A stretch of DNA of 63,299 nt, counting the filler, from Choristocarpus tenellus KU-1152 (taxonomy: Eukaryota > Protista > Phaeophyceae): the NCBI GenBank assembly GCA_964200185.2. It is 10 parts of 10 records of this genome, joined end to end, with 100 filler letters (N's around TTAATTAATTAA, not from the genome) between each part and the next. Parts side by side here need not be neighbours in the genome. Positions count along the whole stretch, not along the records: positions 35,131 to 38,362 come from CAXNAD020021370.1; positions 38,463 to 41,394 come from CAXNAD020023557.1; positions 41,495 to 60,459 come from CAXNAD020000503.1; 7 more parts are not named here. One strand, 5' to 3'. Of this stretch, positions 38,193 through 51,384 are shown in pieces. The notes beneath the pieces are model-generated. The model was not told where the DNA came from, searched no databases, and saw nothing but the letters and a program-made list of their open reading frames with translations. A program made the position numbers and the translations under genes. Positions within the stretch are counted from its first letter, which is position 1; the number at the start of each line of letters is the position of its first letter.

Positions 38193-38362
38193 CTTCAAAG
38201 TAAAAGGGAAGGAAGGGAAAGAAGAGATTACAGAAGTTGCAAGTTAAATGGGGGAATGGAGGAGAGGTCTTAAAAAAGAACCGGGGGGGGAGGGGGGGGG
38301 AAGGGAGTCAGGGTAAATTTGTGCCAAAAAAGGGTACTAAAAAAAAAAAGTTGATACAGTTC

Positions 38363-38462
38363 NNNNNNNNNNNNNNNNNNNNNNNNNNNNNNNNNNNNNN
38401 NNNNNNTTAATTAATTAANNNNNNNNNNNNNNNNNNNNNNNNNNNNNNNNNNNNNNNNNNNN
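38363..38462. other. Artificial contig-joining spacer
   Basis: N44-TTAATTAATTAA-N44. Confidence 0.97.
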
Positions 38463-38967
38463 CCCACCCACCCACCCAAACGAAGGGTTCATGAAGCATA
38501 CCCAACCCTCATCTCCAAAAAAAAATAGGCAGAATAGATAGTTCCTTTTTGATACATTTTACCTCAGAAATACTTTCCGGCTAAAAAAAGGCAAGTCATT
38601 GCCAGGTTACAAAGAGGCTCAGTTGAGAGGGAGGGTGGAAACAACAAAACAAGCCGCAGGGTAGCACGAGCACACACACACAAATAAACAAAAAATGCTA
38701 AAAAAGTGGTTTCGTCCAACGAAAAGTGCTACAGAGTTTTAAGCCTCTGGGATTGGTATCAGTAGGGGTGTATCCTAATCGGAAAGCTCTCCAAAGAAGG
38801 AGTTGGCAATCACAGCTAAATTCTGACAGCAACATTCAACGATTACACACCATTCCTTGCCATGTTCGTGTAATATTCTTAAGTCATGGAACGGCGCGGC
38901 CGTCCCTTCCAACCTTGTCCCTGTGTCAAGGACGTACCACTGCAGGGTCACAGCCTTCACATCTCAC

Positions 38968-39768
38968 CTGCGACGATGGGTTTGGCCACATAGTCGAACA
39001 CTTGTTGCTGCGTGGCCGAGGGATCAAAAACTCGATCGTAGGTAGTCTTGCTATCGTTTACCTCGATAGTCTCCTGCCATGCGCCACACAAGGCCAGTTC
39101 AGGATGGCAATTTTGAGGGATGGAAAAAAGGTCCACGCAACAACAGTCGGGAGTGGGGCGGAGGGCAGCACGGTTAGAAGAGGGGGAGATAAGGAGGGCA
39201 TTAATCCTAGGAAGAGCTGTTGCATACCACCGATTACTCTCCCATTATACCATAGTTGTTCTCGTCGTAGAGAAAAATAAGTGCAAACAATATCATGATC
39301 ATCAAACTTGTACAACAAAGGTGATCCTCAGTATCGATCCAACGAAAGTAGTATCCTGCATTTAGTGATTATAGGAAAAACTATAGAAGGGAAAGTATGG
39401 GAAGGATCCTAACGTGCCACATCAGTCCTGGTCCAGGGGGACCGCAGATTCGGACAAACACCACATGATAGTTTTGTGTACCCAAACAGTTCATCACAGT
39501 CTACTCTTGAACCACAAGCAACAACCAATCCCAAGAAACGACTTCCTCTACGCACCTCACTCGGGAAAGAGACGCAGACTGTGCCCCCGGCAGCAATTTC
39601 TTTCGAGTTTTGCGGGCGTACCCTTACAACAACTCGAACATCGCCTCCAGATGACTTCCTTCCAGAAGACGAAGAGTCAGCCCCACCTCCCCCTTTACCC
39701 GCCGGAGAGGGATTTCCTTTGGCCGCCGGAGAGGGAAGAGGTGTTCGAGACCGTCCGGCTGAAGGCAT
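38968..39768 (-). CDS. Kinesin motor protein, first 2 exons (39768-39556, 39073-38968), remainder missing
   Basis: DVRVVVRVRPQNSKE...CVSFPSE joined to ETIEVNDSKTTYDRVFDPSATQQQVFDYVAKPIVA is a typical kinesin motor N-terminus; GT-AG junctions in phase. Confidence 0.88.
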
Positions 39769-41321
39769 GACACCCAATGGGTGGACCTGAGGTTCAGGGA
39801 GGCCCAGCTACAGCCCAACAGAGAAGTGAAGTTGAGGAAATATGCTCTCAATCTTAGCGGCAACTAAGGCCCGCTAAAATCCACAGAGCCCGAACCGCGG
39901 GCTTGGCGCCACAAGCGCCAAGGGCATACGGGAAGGAGGCCCCTTTGAGGGCAAATTTGGAAGTGGAACTGAGAATATTGTTGCACCCCTCTCCTTGGGA
40001 GGAGGAGGGTGTCCTTTCCACGATCATATTCTTGTGTGCGCGAGGCGCGCGGCGCGCAACATCTGAAAGGAGAGAGAAGGGATAAACGGTAGTATTTTTC
40101 TGCTGGTGTTTGTAAGAGAGAGAGAGATTGAGGAACAGAACTTAACACACAAATTTCCAACCACACTATTCCTTGACCGTCTAGATATCTTGGTGATAGT
40201 CTACCACGTTCACACCACAAGCACAAATGAAAAAATAGTATTATCCTCCCCCTTGTCTGTGTCGCCATTCCACAACAATAAAGCACCCAAAATCTCAAAA
40301 TGTGGTGACTTGCAAGTTGGCAAGGAATACTACACAAGATTGGAGGGAAAAGGTGGAGCAATATGATGAGTGGAGGAATGACTGAACCCTGCAACACTCG
40401 AGAAAGAATAACGCCAAGAACGCACTGGGCAGCGCTATTTGACTTGCCGATAATGTAACACAACTGTTGGTTTGTTGATAATAATATTGTTATTATTATA
40501 GTGAAACTAGGTGGGACGACTGAACCCAACGCTCCAGGAAAGTTCACAGGCACACATAGGGCAGTAAAATTGTTTGTAGTGCAACAACAGTTAGTCTGTT
40601 GTAAATTTATCGCGTAACTTCTCTTCTTGCTGGTGTACCCACAGGAACGTGTTTGTTGTATTCTTCGCGCCTTATGTTCCTTCCTTCTTCCCTCCATGAT
40701 GGCATCTCCAAAATGTCAGGTAGTGTTGTGAGCATAATATAATATTGGTGATGTAATTATGACAAATACAATTTGTGGTGCTTCAGACCATGAATTGGGC
40801 GAGCTAAGGTCCACAAACTACAGCGTTTCTAGTCGCAAAGTCAAGTGAGAAAATAATAAGCATCATTAATTATTTTCGTGTTACTATTATTCATCCCATC
40901 ATAATGGTCTGAGGGATTCCAAACCCCTCAATGATAAAAAAAAGTAAAGGGTAGTCCGAAGAAGGTAAATCTCATATTGGTTGAGAAAGGAAAAACAAAA
41001 TCTTAACAATGCAACGAAAACATTGAAAGAAGAAATACATCCAATTATATTATGAGTGTTGAGTATAACCAATATTATTTTTTTTAATTAAGCGAGTCAG
41101 AGAATGGACAAAAGAGAATAAAGAGTAGAAAAGAACTACTCGGATCTGTACGAACTGTTCAGGACTGAAAGGATGGTGGCAAAATGTTGATTTCAACACT
41201 GATTTATTCTTAACAGAACCACAAAATGCTTTTTCGATTTCAGAATCGCACAACGCATACTTTTTTGTGATATAGAGACAAGAAACCTTACGTTTCCCAC
41301 CGTTGATTAATTACATCCCAC

Positions 41322-41387
41322 TATATTTTATTATTATGCCCTCTGACATTTTGCAGATGTGTCAGGGGGAAACCAATGAAAACTATA
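41322..41387 (+). repeat. ~60-bp dispersed hairpin repeat, best-preserved copy
   Basis: CCCTCTGACA-ttttgcagatg-TGTCAGGGGG stem-loop with an (ATT)-rich left flank and AACCAATGAAAACTATA on the right. Confidence 0.75.
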
Positions 41388-41394
41388 TACATAC

Positions 41395-41494
41395 NNNNNN
41401 NNNNNNNNNNNNNNNNNNNNNNNNNNNNNNNNNNNNNNTTAATTAATTAANNNNNNNNNNNNNNNNNNNNNNNNNNNNNNNNNNNNNNNNNNNN
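41395..41494. other. Artificial contig-joining spacer
   Basis: N44-TTAATTAATTAA-N44. Confidence 0.97.
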
Positions 41495-41580
41495 CATCCT
41501 CAATGAAAAGCTCCATCCTCAATTTTTGAAATCGGCTGTTATAGTATGCTCCATCCTCAATTTTGAGAATACGCTGTTCT
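41495..41580 (+). repeat. Dispersed repeat with three CATCCTCAAT subrepeats
   Basis: Matches 15452-15500. Confidence 0.6.
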
Positions 41581-42297
41581 TTGGTGTTTGAGGCAAATTT
41601 CACAGCCACTGCCTCAACTACCACCATTGACTTCCTTGTTGTCACCCATGACACCTTTTTCTATATCATTCTCTTCTTTTGTTGTTATCGCCTTCACTTG
41701 CTACAATTTGACTGCTGCACTCGCCTCACCTTGTTCGCCATGAGGACGCAAGCAGAGCTATGATGCAGAAGTATTGTCACACAGGAGTGTGTTATGTGAT
41801 TAATTCTGCAAACCCTCTCAAGCACGCGTGGTACCCAGTCAAAAAAATATTGTAAAAGCTGTACACATTTCAACTGATGTACATACCCTCACCCTGTGAA
41901 TTCTCCTCAGTTACACCTACACCAAAGCCTTTCATTCCATCCACATGTTTGGCACTAAGGGAACACAAAATATCAAGAATTTGAAGGATGCCCCAATATT
42001 TTACAATACCATATCATACCATTTGATACGATACATATAAAATATCATTTATATCGTTGGGAGGAATATCATCAACATAAATCTAATTATTAACCATTTC
42101 TAGTTAATGTTTTAATTTTGTACCTTCTAAAGGTAACGCCTATGTGTTGACCCGAAAATGTACATTTTTCACCGCAATATGAAGAAATTATCTTACCAAC
42201 TCCAGAAATTGGGTTGGGAAACTCCACATGAAAAATATCTTCCAACTCACAACTTTTCACCCTTTAAAACTCCAGTTTGATCCTCATCGTTTCTCAA

Positions 42298-45200
42298 ATG
42301 CAGATCGACTCTGTGATAGAGCTGAGTGATGGTGTGAAGATGCCAAGTGAGAACTTCCTCGACGTATTCTGACTATGTTTTGGTTATTTAGGACTACCTC
42401 GTTTGTGCATATGTACAATTCAATCTGCCTCTTCAGATATTGCATTTTGCCTTGCCAAACTTATTGCAGGGTTTGGGCTGGGCACATGGAGAAGCCCCAA
42501 AGGCCAGGTCAAGACTGCCGTCGAGGTACGGGCTGCATCGTAGAAGTGGAAGCTTATAAATTATATGTTGCCAGTTGGATACTTGTTTTTGGTTAGCTTC
42601 AATCTGATGATGCTGCTCCTATTCCACCTTCGTTGTCACTTTGATTAAATTCCCAGGCCGCGCTGAAGCAAGGATATGTTCATGTAGATTGCGGTGAGTG
42701 ATTCAAAGGATATACTCTTTGTCCGTGGTCCTGTGTTTGCTTCTCTTTCTCTCATTTGCACTCTTCCCAATTTCGTTTCCTCATGACTCGATGGCAGGTA
42801 CCCATATTTTGTAAGTTTTGGATTCGCACTTTGTGCCCACTCTACCCAAAAATTACGTACCCCCCATATATTATTGTTGTGTAATTAGCCATGCCTATGC
42901 CGCCTTCAGATTGACTTGTCAGTCGTCACTATTCATAGCCCATAGCCAGCGTCTTTCTTATTTCATGCCAACATCGCCATCTTCTCAGCATATTGCTACA
43001 TGAATCAGGAGGAAGTTGGTGCCGCTATTTCTGCTGCGGTCGATGAAGGATTCACCACACGTGAGAAGATCTTTGTAACCACAAAGGTGTGTAACGGCAG
43101 ATAGGAACAGCCCATGAAGGTTTTTTGTTCGAGTAAGGGGGAAGAAAAACAATTAGATCACAAGATGAGTTCCCTTACATGGTGCCGTCCTTTACTGTGC
43201 CTCTGCCGTAAAGCAGATATGGAACACCTTTCACAGGCCCCATCTTCTTCGAAAGAATATGGAGACCTGCCTTGAGGAGCTGGGTCTGGAGTATGTAGAT
43301 CAAGTTTTGCTTCACTATGCTGTAGCCATGGTTCCAGTGGAGGATGGAGATAAGTGAGTGTAGTCTACTACTTGTGGTTACAGCGGTACAGGTCTGTTTG
43401 ATGCTGAATTTGATCTTTGCATTAGAGTATTGAATGTAACAAGGGTGCACATAGGCAACTTGACAATTGAAGCAGTACAACAACAAACAAAACTGTAGAG
43501 AGTAAAGGTCCAGCACCCGCATGTATGTACATGCATAGTTTGTGGTGTCTTCCAAATGCATGGAATATCAGAGAAATTTAAAAAGTGAAAATATTGAGAG
43601 AAGACTATGAACTGTTGCTTTTGTTGCCTTCTTGTTGTTTGTGGACTTGGCAGGACACTTGTTCCTCGCAATGCTAATGGGGATGCTCATTTGGATACAG
43701 AAGTGGATCTGAAGGACACATGGAAAGCGGTAAGGACAGATTGCATCTATGCCTCCTCCAAAGGATGTTCCATGATCGGTATGGCTAGGCTATCTTTGTA
43801 TCTCCTTGTGGTGATCCTTACATTTTCCTGTTATGTTTCACTTGGTTTGAATTTTATTATACCTGGACCATACTTGTAGCTTTCAGAGACAATATGCTAA
43901 CCTCTAGGCCTTAGGCTTGTGACGGCTTATTTTACATTCCCTCTTAGTGACAACTGATATGTACAGGATCCAGGCGTTCTGTGCAATGAGGAAGTAGGAA
44001 GAGTATTGCCACTAATACCCTTTCTCTACATGTTCAGTGATGAGTACTTTGTGGCAAAATAAGTTAGGGAAGGGAACCACACAAACTTTTGAAGCAAAAA
44101 CTGAAAGAGAATTCCTTCAACAATCCCTAATCCCCCTCATATGAGCACATTGGATACCTACTGAATGAGGCATGCCTGTATTGTGATTAATTGTGAACAG
44201 TAACATAAGTGTGAACTGTGGGCAAAAGAAAAGTTGCTTGATACTGATATTATTTTCGGTATGTGTATGTGTGTTGTCAAAATGAAAAAGGGACAAACTT
44301 AAACCTGTACTGTACTGCATGCACGTAGTGTGAAGATCATAGGCAGTCATTCAAGATTCATTTGTTTTTTGTCTTTTTTCCTCATATAATCAAATTCATG
44401 CACCTGATGTGCTCCACTATAGTGCCATTTGTGACAAAGGACCACTATTCACTGATACAGAGAGGCAGGGACATTGATTTTGGGGGGAGGGGTGCAGTAG
44501 AGTCACACTTCCAGAAAGTATACACAACCAACCACTTTGATCCTCTCACGATAGTAGTTGCTGCTTCAATTTAAATTGTTAAATTGCCCCATGCACCCAC
44601 CGTAGAAAAGTGTAGTCAAACAATGACATCATCAGTGTTTCACTGTAGTAGATGCCTGTGACTGTCTCCCCTGGTGGAACATTGGTATCTCTGTCTGACA
44701 TAGAAGAGCATTATGGTGTTCAAAAAACAGCCCTGCAGTTGATGTTTAAGTATATTTATTATCAAACTTATTTTGGTTCTATGCAGTACCAGATTTTGCT
44801 GCTAGGAAGCCTGTTCTACAGTGATCTGAAGATTCCCCGTTTGTTTGGTGTAGAGGTACTGAGTTGGAACCCCATGCATAGTCTCTTCATTTGGTCATTG
44901 CAAACCCCATGTGTGGAGTAGGGCAGATTCCTCCATTTTTCCCATACAGGGGAATGTTCAAAATTTGTGCTTCAAAAGTTTCAGCCAATTTCCTTTCCAC
45001 ATTCCATACATAACATTGTCACAGTATACTCCAGCAGTTGAAAGTTGGGATCCGATGTGGTTTATCAACGTAATAGTACCTAAAGAATATATATATGTAT
45101 GTATTATGTGTGTATGTATGTATGTGTGTATCTGTTGTTCATTTTTAATTTTAACAAGGCGGAGTGCAATCCTTGCTGTTGGTTGCCATGACAGATGGAG

Positions 45201-48200
45201 ACTCTTGTACAAGATGGTCTGGTCAAGTCTATTGGGGTGTCAAACTTCACACAGGTAGTAAGCTCAGCATTGATGAGCACCTAAATATTCTCCTCAAACA
45301 CACTATTATTAGCATAGAGGCATTTTTTTGCAAGTAGTGAGAGCAATGCAATGACTGTGATTACAAAAGCATCTTAGGTCTATGACAGATCAGACAATTT
45401 TGTCCAATTCTTTTTCCAATTGTTGGCATTGCATAGGAGGACATGGAGTATGTGATGGATGGAGCCAAGATCATGCCTGCTGTCAACCAAGTGGAGGTAT
45501 GAGTACCACTTAGATGGCGTTCTTTTTTCCACAGTGTGGTTGACTCTTATTGTAGACACAAGAAGTTACGTGTAGATGGATACCTACATGGTAGTCACTT
45601 TTTGTTTGGCAGCTTTTTCTTGCCATCTTAGGTCTGTTTGGGTTGGCTTGCCTCTAGATACAATTTCAATGTCACCACCACTGGTAGGCCTGTTGAGGGG
45701 GTGTCATCCCATCCTCCCTATTAATAGTTTTCTATCTTCCAGCATATGCAATCAGCATTGTGAGTGCAATACTTCTGGACAAGTATCAGTATTGATAATT
45801 TGTCTGAACACTTTATTTTTAGAGTTCCCTGCAAAAAGTGCTCATTCTTGAAAGAACATTGGAATTTCAGAAGGCAAAAATTAAAGAGATCGGCAGGGCC
45901 TTCCATCAGGCTGGGTAAATGTGGACGGTCTAGTTAGGGTGCTGGTCAGTTCCACTATTTCCTGAAATTTCCAAACAAGGTCCACGACCCCCTGCAGCCT
46001 GATACCAAGACCTTTCAAGAGGTTAAATCCAAGGCAATCAAATATTTTTATATGGGTCATCCTGAAGCCATGGACCTGACCTCAGCCATGCTAATTGCCC
46101 AGCATGATAAAGAGACCCTGGAGATCAGCCATATGGTTCTCACTGAAATGTGATGATCATTGCTGAGGAGAACAAGAATCCGCATGGAGACATTCCACCA
46201 GATAATGTTCTGGAATGGGCAAACTATGTTTGGACAACTGGTGCCCAACAACCTCAACTCTGAACCAAGCCAACCATGAAGTTAAAGGAAGTTTCCCCTT
46301 CCATGCAACAGCAGGACATACACAGCAAACAGGACAATTTTCTAGTCTCCTCCACCTAGGATTGAGATGGATTTATGTGCTCTTGAGAAGCTCAAAGCCA
46401 TAAAGGGGGAAGAATGGAGCAGACAACTGATGGTACTGATACACCAGTTTGGCAAGCCAACCTAGCTGCCAAGGATGAAGCGTAGGAGGGATGATCTTGG
46501 TGCTTCACATTGTGTAGCTTTGTGAAAGGCACTGCTCTATGTACAGGGGGAAAGGAATTCTGTTTGACAGCACTTAACCCAGATGCAACAGAAAAATCAA
46601 TATAGCAAGATATGATTTTGCATATAAGATGGCAGTGTCTGTGCAAGGGAAATCCAGCATGTTGTTCAGCTACAGTTGTGGTCATTCAGGAAACAACCAC
46701 TTCACTCTTTCTAGTCATTCTTCTTTCTGTACAAGATTCACTCTAATGTTGATTGTTTACAAGTTATGTGCAAACATGATATTGTGCCCATGTCAACATC
46801 TATTGTGTAACTGCTGTTTGAACTCACCTGTACAGAAATTCAAGATCATGTACAGGTAATTTGAGTTGTACAAAATCTCAATTTGTTGCTTCTCTATTGG
46901 GACTCTTTTTTGTTTGGTCTTTCTGGTTTATTTTTTGCCTAACCAAAGTAAAGAATTAGTTAAGCCAAGGAGATGGTGTTACATATGTGTTTTTTGAGCA
47001 AAATCTGCTTGCTTGCTTTGGAAGGCAGGCGTCATCTCATAGGTTAATTTTAGTATTGAATTATGGTTTATCTTCTAATCGACCATGAGACGATATTGCT
47101 CAGATTTTCAAAAACGAAAGAGATGCATTTGTTGTCTAACCCCAACCCTAACTAGTCTGCTTTTTTTCAAATAGAGGCTGCTCTGGGCAAATATATCAGG
47201 TTGGCTTTCACTAAGATTTTGTCTTACGACTTTTTCGAATTTTGGAATATATCTTGGAAGTTGTTGATCCATATTTCAACTGTATTGCACATAGCACGAA
47301 GGGGACATATTTGCATTTGATTTTTCTGGTGATAATTATGGTGATGATATTGTATTGATATTATATTCTGTTTTGAAGTAGTGATTGCTTTTTCAAAAAA
47401 TAAAAATGCCCCAGTTCTTCCAGTTCAAAAAATCTTGTTGATGTTTGTTATTTGATTTGAAAGTAGAAATATTCGTGCAACTAAAAAACCTACATTAGAA
47501 TTTTACTCTCCTGAATTGCAGATACAAGGTCATGAGCTCCAGAAACATCTTGTATGTTATCCAAGTAGTTTCAACTTGAGGATGAATGTCCTTTTCAAAC
47601 TTTGGAACCAGGCAACATTTTTGCCAACTGGGTGTGACCCTATGATGTTATCGTACTTGGGAGGGTGGTGCAAAAATGTTTGAAATGCAAAGTTACAATT
47701 TACTACAATCCCATATTGCATAAAGAGCAAGGCCTGCGTGGTTGCACTTTCCCTGTTTGATTAGTTTCTGACTGTGAAGAATGCCCAACACTGTACATAT
47801 ATATATATATAGGTGTGAGATGTCTTGACAGTTTCATTGAGTGTGGTTGTGTTATCCACGATAAGAACTGCTGCTGGGAGTTTTGACAGTAGGTTTCAGG
47901 TTTTTAAAAACACAAACATCATGACAAAAACTACAGTTACAATTGTAGTTTCCATTTGACCTTGCAGTATGTCCTGGTCTACGTTAGGGTTTTTTTTTTC
48001 GTTACAGTTTTGCTTGTGTTGACTTGATAGTTGTACCTATTTTCACAACAAACAACGATGACAGCATGACCCTTCCACAGTTGTTATGGCATTGATAGCG
48101 TTTCTGGTACTGTCTTGCTCACATATGTACTGTATAAAACCAAGTCATTTCCATCCATCCACCCATTAGTATCTTATCATTACCGGCTCTCATCATAGGC

Positions 48201-51200
48201 TCGCCTACAAGATTGTGGACAATTGTTCTAAAATATGTATAAATATATATTGAAAAAAATAGATCTTTCTAGCACCAGCTCTTTGGGTCCCTCTCATGTA
48301 ATGACATATAAACCAAGTAATTCCTGCCCTTTTATAAACCTAATGGCTCTTTGGAGCTGTTCTCCCTCTTTTTGAGTTTGAATTTTGAATCCTATGCTAT
48401 TATACTATATTTCACATGTAGGTCAGATTTCAACACAACACCTTGTCTTCAATGTAATAACCTCCCTCAAGGGTAAAGACGCAAGGGGTTGCACCATGCT
48501 CCATCCTCTCTCCCCTATCCAATCCCCAACATCCAAAGGGTCCCAGCCCTCCCAGAGCCTGTTAATAGTAGTTGTAAATTTATACTGTAATAGTACCAAG
48601 GCAAGAAATTGAAGATTATAGTCTTGAAGGTTCATTACTACTCTAATATTTACAATAAATGTTATGAACACATACAGTTTCCAATTTTGCATTTTTTATT
48701 TTACATTGTACAATGGACAGTACCTTACAGGAAGTGGACTCCAGCATGACACAATTATACTAGTCAGGTTCTATGAAGAACTGGACACCCTCGCCATTGT
48801 AGTAGAGTACTATCTGGACAATGTGGTACAGTAGGGTGAATAGCACCCAAGGTCACGACAAACAACTTGGGAATTCTCATGGTTGTGAATGTTTTTCAAT
48901 GCCTCTGAGATTGCCAATGGTTGGGCATAGATTTCCAACTAAAGAGTATTGGTATAGACCAACCATCGATGCCTTCCCCTACATTAACCATAACCATGAT
49001 ACAAACATGTAGGACACTGATAAAAGTGCCTATCACTGTTATCATGTTTAATCAAAGGTACTGTGCAGGGTCACCCAAACCAGTCTGATCGCTAGTAACT
49101 AGTGTATCTAGTATATGCAGTACCGGTGCCCCACTTGCACTTGTGCCACCATCTGCTATCCAATTTTTCAGTCTTGCAAGGAACATTCTGTTGTTATCTG
49201 TTGGTACTGAGATATATAAATAGTACATTAATACATAGTAAGTTCTTTCTTGTTGATGGATTCAAACCTAGGACTTTGCTTTGCTGATTCAGGAGTGTTC
49301 CATTGAACTACCCAAAACAGCAGTGTGTTGATTATACCATTGGATGCAGTACTGGATCTACCACACCCAGATACCTTGACTTCTTTGATAAAGTTTACTG
49401 GAATTTTTGTGTGACTAAACTTCTTGATCCTTCATGCTCGTACCAGCTGTTCTCAACGTATGATGCCTCAGAGTTGGACTCTTGTCAATTCAAGTTGAAC
49501 AATAGAAAGATGCACAACACTCTGTGGTGCTATGAAACTGGTGGAATTGAAGGCTTGAAACCATGCAAAACCTTCCAATCAAATAGACTTTTTTCCCCTC
49601 TCAGTAAGACACTCAAATCTATCTTTGTTTCACTCTTAGTTTTTCTATTATTTTTTAATATGTATACCTTCGAGTGCAAACATGTGGAGTTCATGCAAAA
49701 TTCAAAAGTGCCACCCAGGCACCACGATTTTATCAAGTAGCCTATTTTACTGACAAGGAGGTAACACACCTGTAGTAAGAGAGTAATAGTATTTTTGACA
49801 CCTGCAATGAAGTAAGTCATGATGACCTGTGTATGATGTTCTTGTATGTGGTGCTGAATTTCTGCAAAGAGTAGAATCTACCACTGCCTTTATACTTTGT
49901 ATAAATTTGCAGCAATTGCATCACATCACAACCTGATATTGGATATATTATTTTGGATGATAGGTCAGGAAAATCAGTCGTAGATATCTTTGTCAGCAAA
50001 TTCGCAACTGAATGTACAGTTCTCCCTTTGGAATTTCCCAAGGTCAGAATGCAGATGTTTGTGGCATGACATGATGTATGATGTTGTAGGAATTGTTTGG
50101 GCTACACCTGGAAATCCCCATTAGATACTTGTGTAGACAGCTAGGTGCACAACAAGCACACAATGCTCAGTTGATTCTTTGGAACTTAAGAGGTTTCAGA
50201 ACCCTTTCTAAATCTACTTGAAGGTAGACCAGAAAAATCATTGCCACAGCAGTGAGTGGATCTATGCTATACGTTTGTTCTATACATACTATGTTCAATG
50301 CGGTCTGAAGACTTACTATGATAAGATGGGATTGGATATATTCACACTAATTAGTCTTCTGTTAATATGAGTTATACGTCAGACATTGGTGTGGTGTTGA
50401 CTTATATTCATATATAGCATTCCCCACTATGCGAATATTACCCAATCACTCCTTTATTGTTCCTTCAACCACAAATAATATTTGAACTAATTCACCAGGT
50501 ACACCCCTATTTGAATAATGACAAGCTCATTTCTTGGTGCAAGAGTAAGGGTGTACACACTGTCTCCTATGCTCCACTGGGAAATGTCAATCCTGAGTTT
50601 GCATCAGTCTTGGAAGACCCTGTGATTGGAAGCATTGCTACTCGCCTGTCCAAAACTCCTGCCCAGGTTTGTATTGGACTTGTAAGCAGCAAAAGTAGCA
50701 CAGTATGCTTCCACCAAAGATGTTAAGTGTGACTGATTGGGAGGTCTAGTCTATCACAGCATCAGAATTGTACAATTTATTAATGTGTATGGTTTGGTGG
50801 TACATTTTTTTCATCCTAACACCCATCAATTGATCCAGTGTTGCAACTGATGCCTTGTTCAGGTCATTATCCGTTGGCACCTGCAACGTGACTTGACTGT
50901 CATCCCCAAGTCAGTTACCCCATCCAGGATTGAGGCCAACAAGGTACAGAAGGGTAGAAACTGTTGCTGGGTTGGTTGATATCACTGCAATGCAATGCTC
51001 ACATCTACCTATATTTTGGGGTCATGAATGGAACCCATATGTCCATGCAGGAAAGTTCATGGAATGAACAGGGCAAGGGAGAGAAGGGAATTCAAAATGA
51101 TACTTTGAAAAATGTCAGATCGCTTGTGCCTTTCCTGCTTGAAGCCTTTCCTGCTTGAAGCCTTTCCTGCTTGAAGCAATCTGGTTTGGTTTTGCCTTTC

Positions 51201-51384
51201 TGTTCGATATTGTGTTGCAAACATGCTAATTACATGGCAGGATGTCTTTGACTTTGAGCTTTCTTCAGAGGACATTTGTGCCATCAACGACCTTGGGGGA
51301 CGCAACCTCCGTATGTGTAACTGGAAGTGGCGCCCAGGCCTTGTACGCCTCTACGAAGGAGAGACATCTGCCTACGACCGTTGA
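42298..51384 (+). CDS. Aldo-keto reductase (aldose/aldehyde-reductase-like), 11 exons, 321 aa: 42298-42346, 42470-42525, 42657-42693, 42989-43086, 43217-43353, 43654-43729, 45195-45254, 45437-45496, 50499-50666, 50863-50943, 51241-51384
   Basis: Spliced product MQIDSVIELSDGVKMPRFGLGTW...HVDCAYCY.NQEEVG...IFVTTKIWN...YVDQVLLHY...KSIGVSNF...PAVNQVEVHPY...YAPLG...KTPAQVIIRWHLQR...IPKSVTPSRI. Ten GT-AG introns, all in phase, total 966 nt. Confidence 0.93.
51128..51177. repeat. 16-bp tandem repeat x3 in the last AKR intron
   Basis: (GCCTTTCCTGCTTGAA)3. Confidence 0.85.

Noticed and set aside
39864-40697. 277-aa ORF upstream of kinesin
   Set aside because: No recognisable domain; more likely chance frame across the 5' UTR and promoter.
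9843-51384. Metabolic gene cluster of two AKRs, hydrolase, GCDH and transporter
   Set aside because: The genes lie on different artificially joined contigs; only hydrolase, TRIC and GCDH share one, and no pathway links them convincingly.
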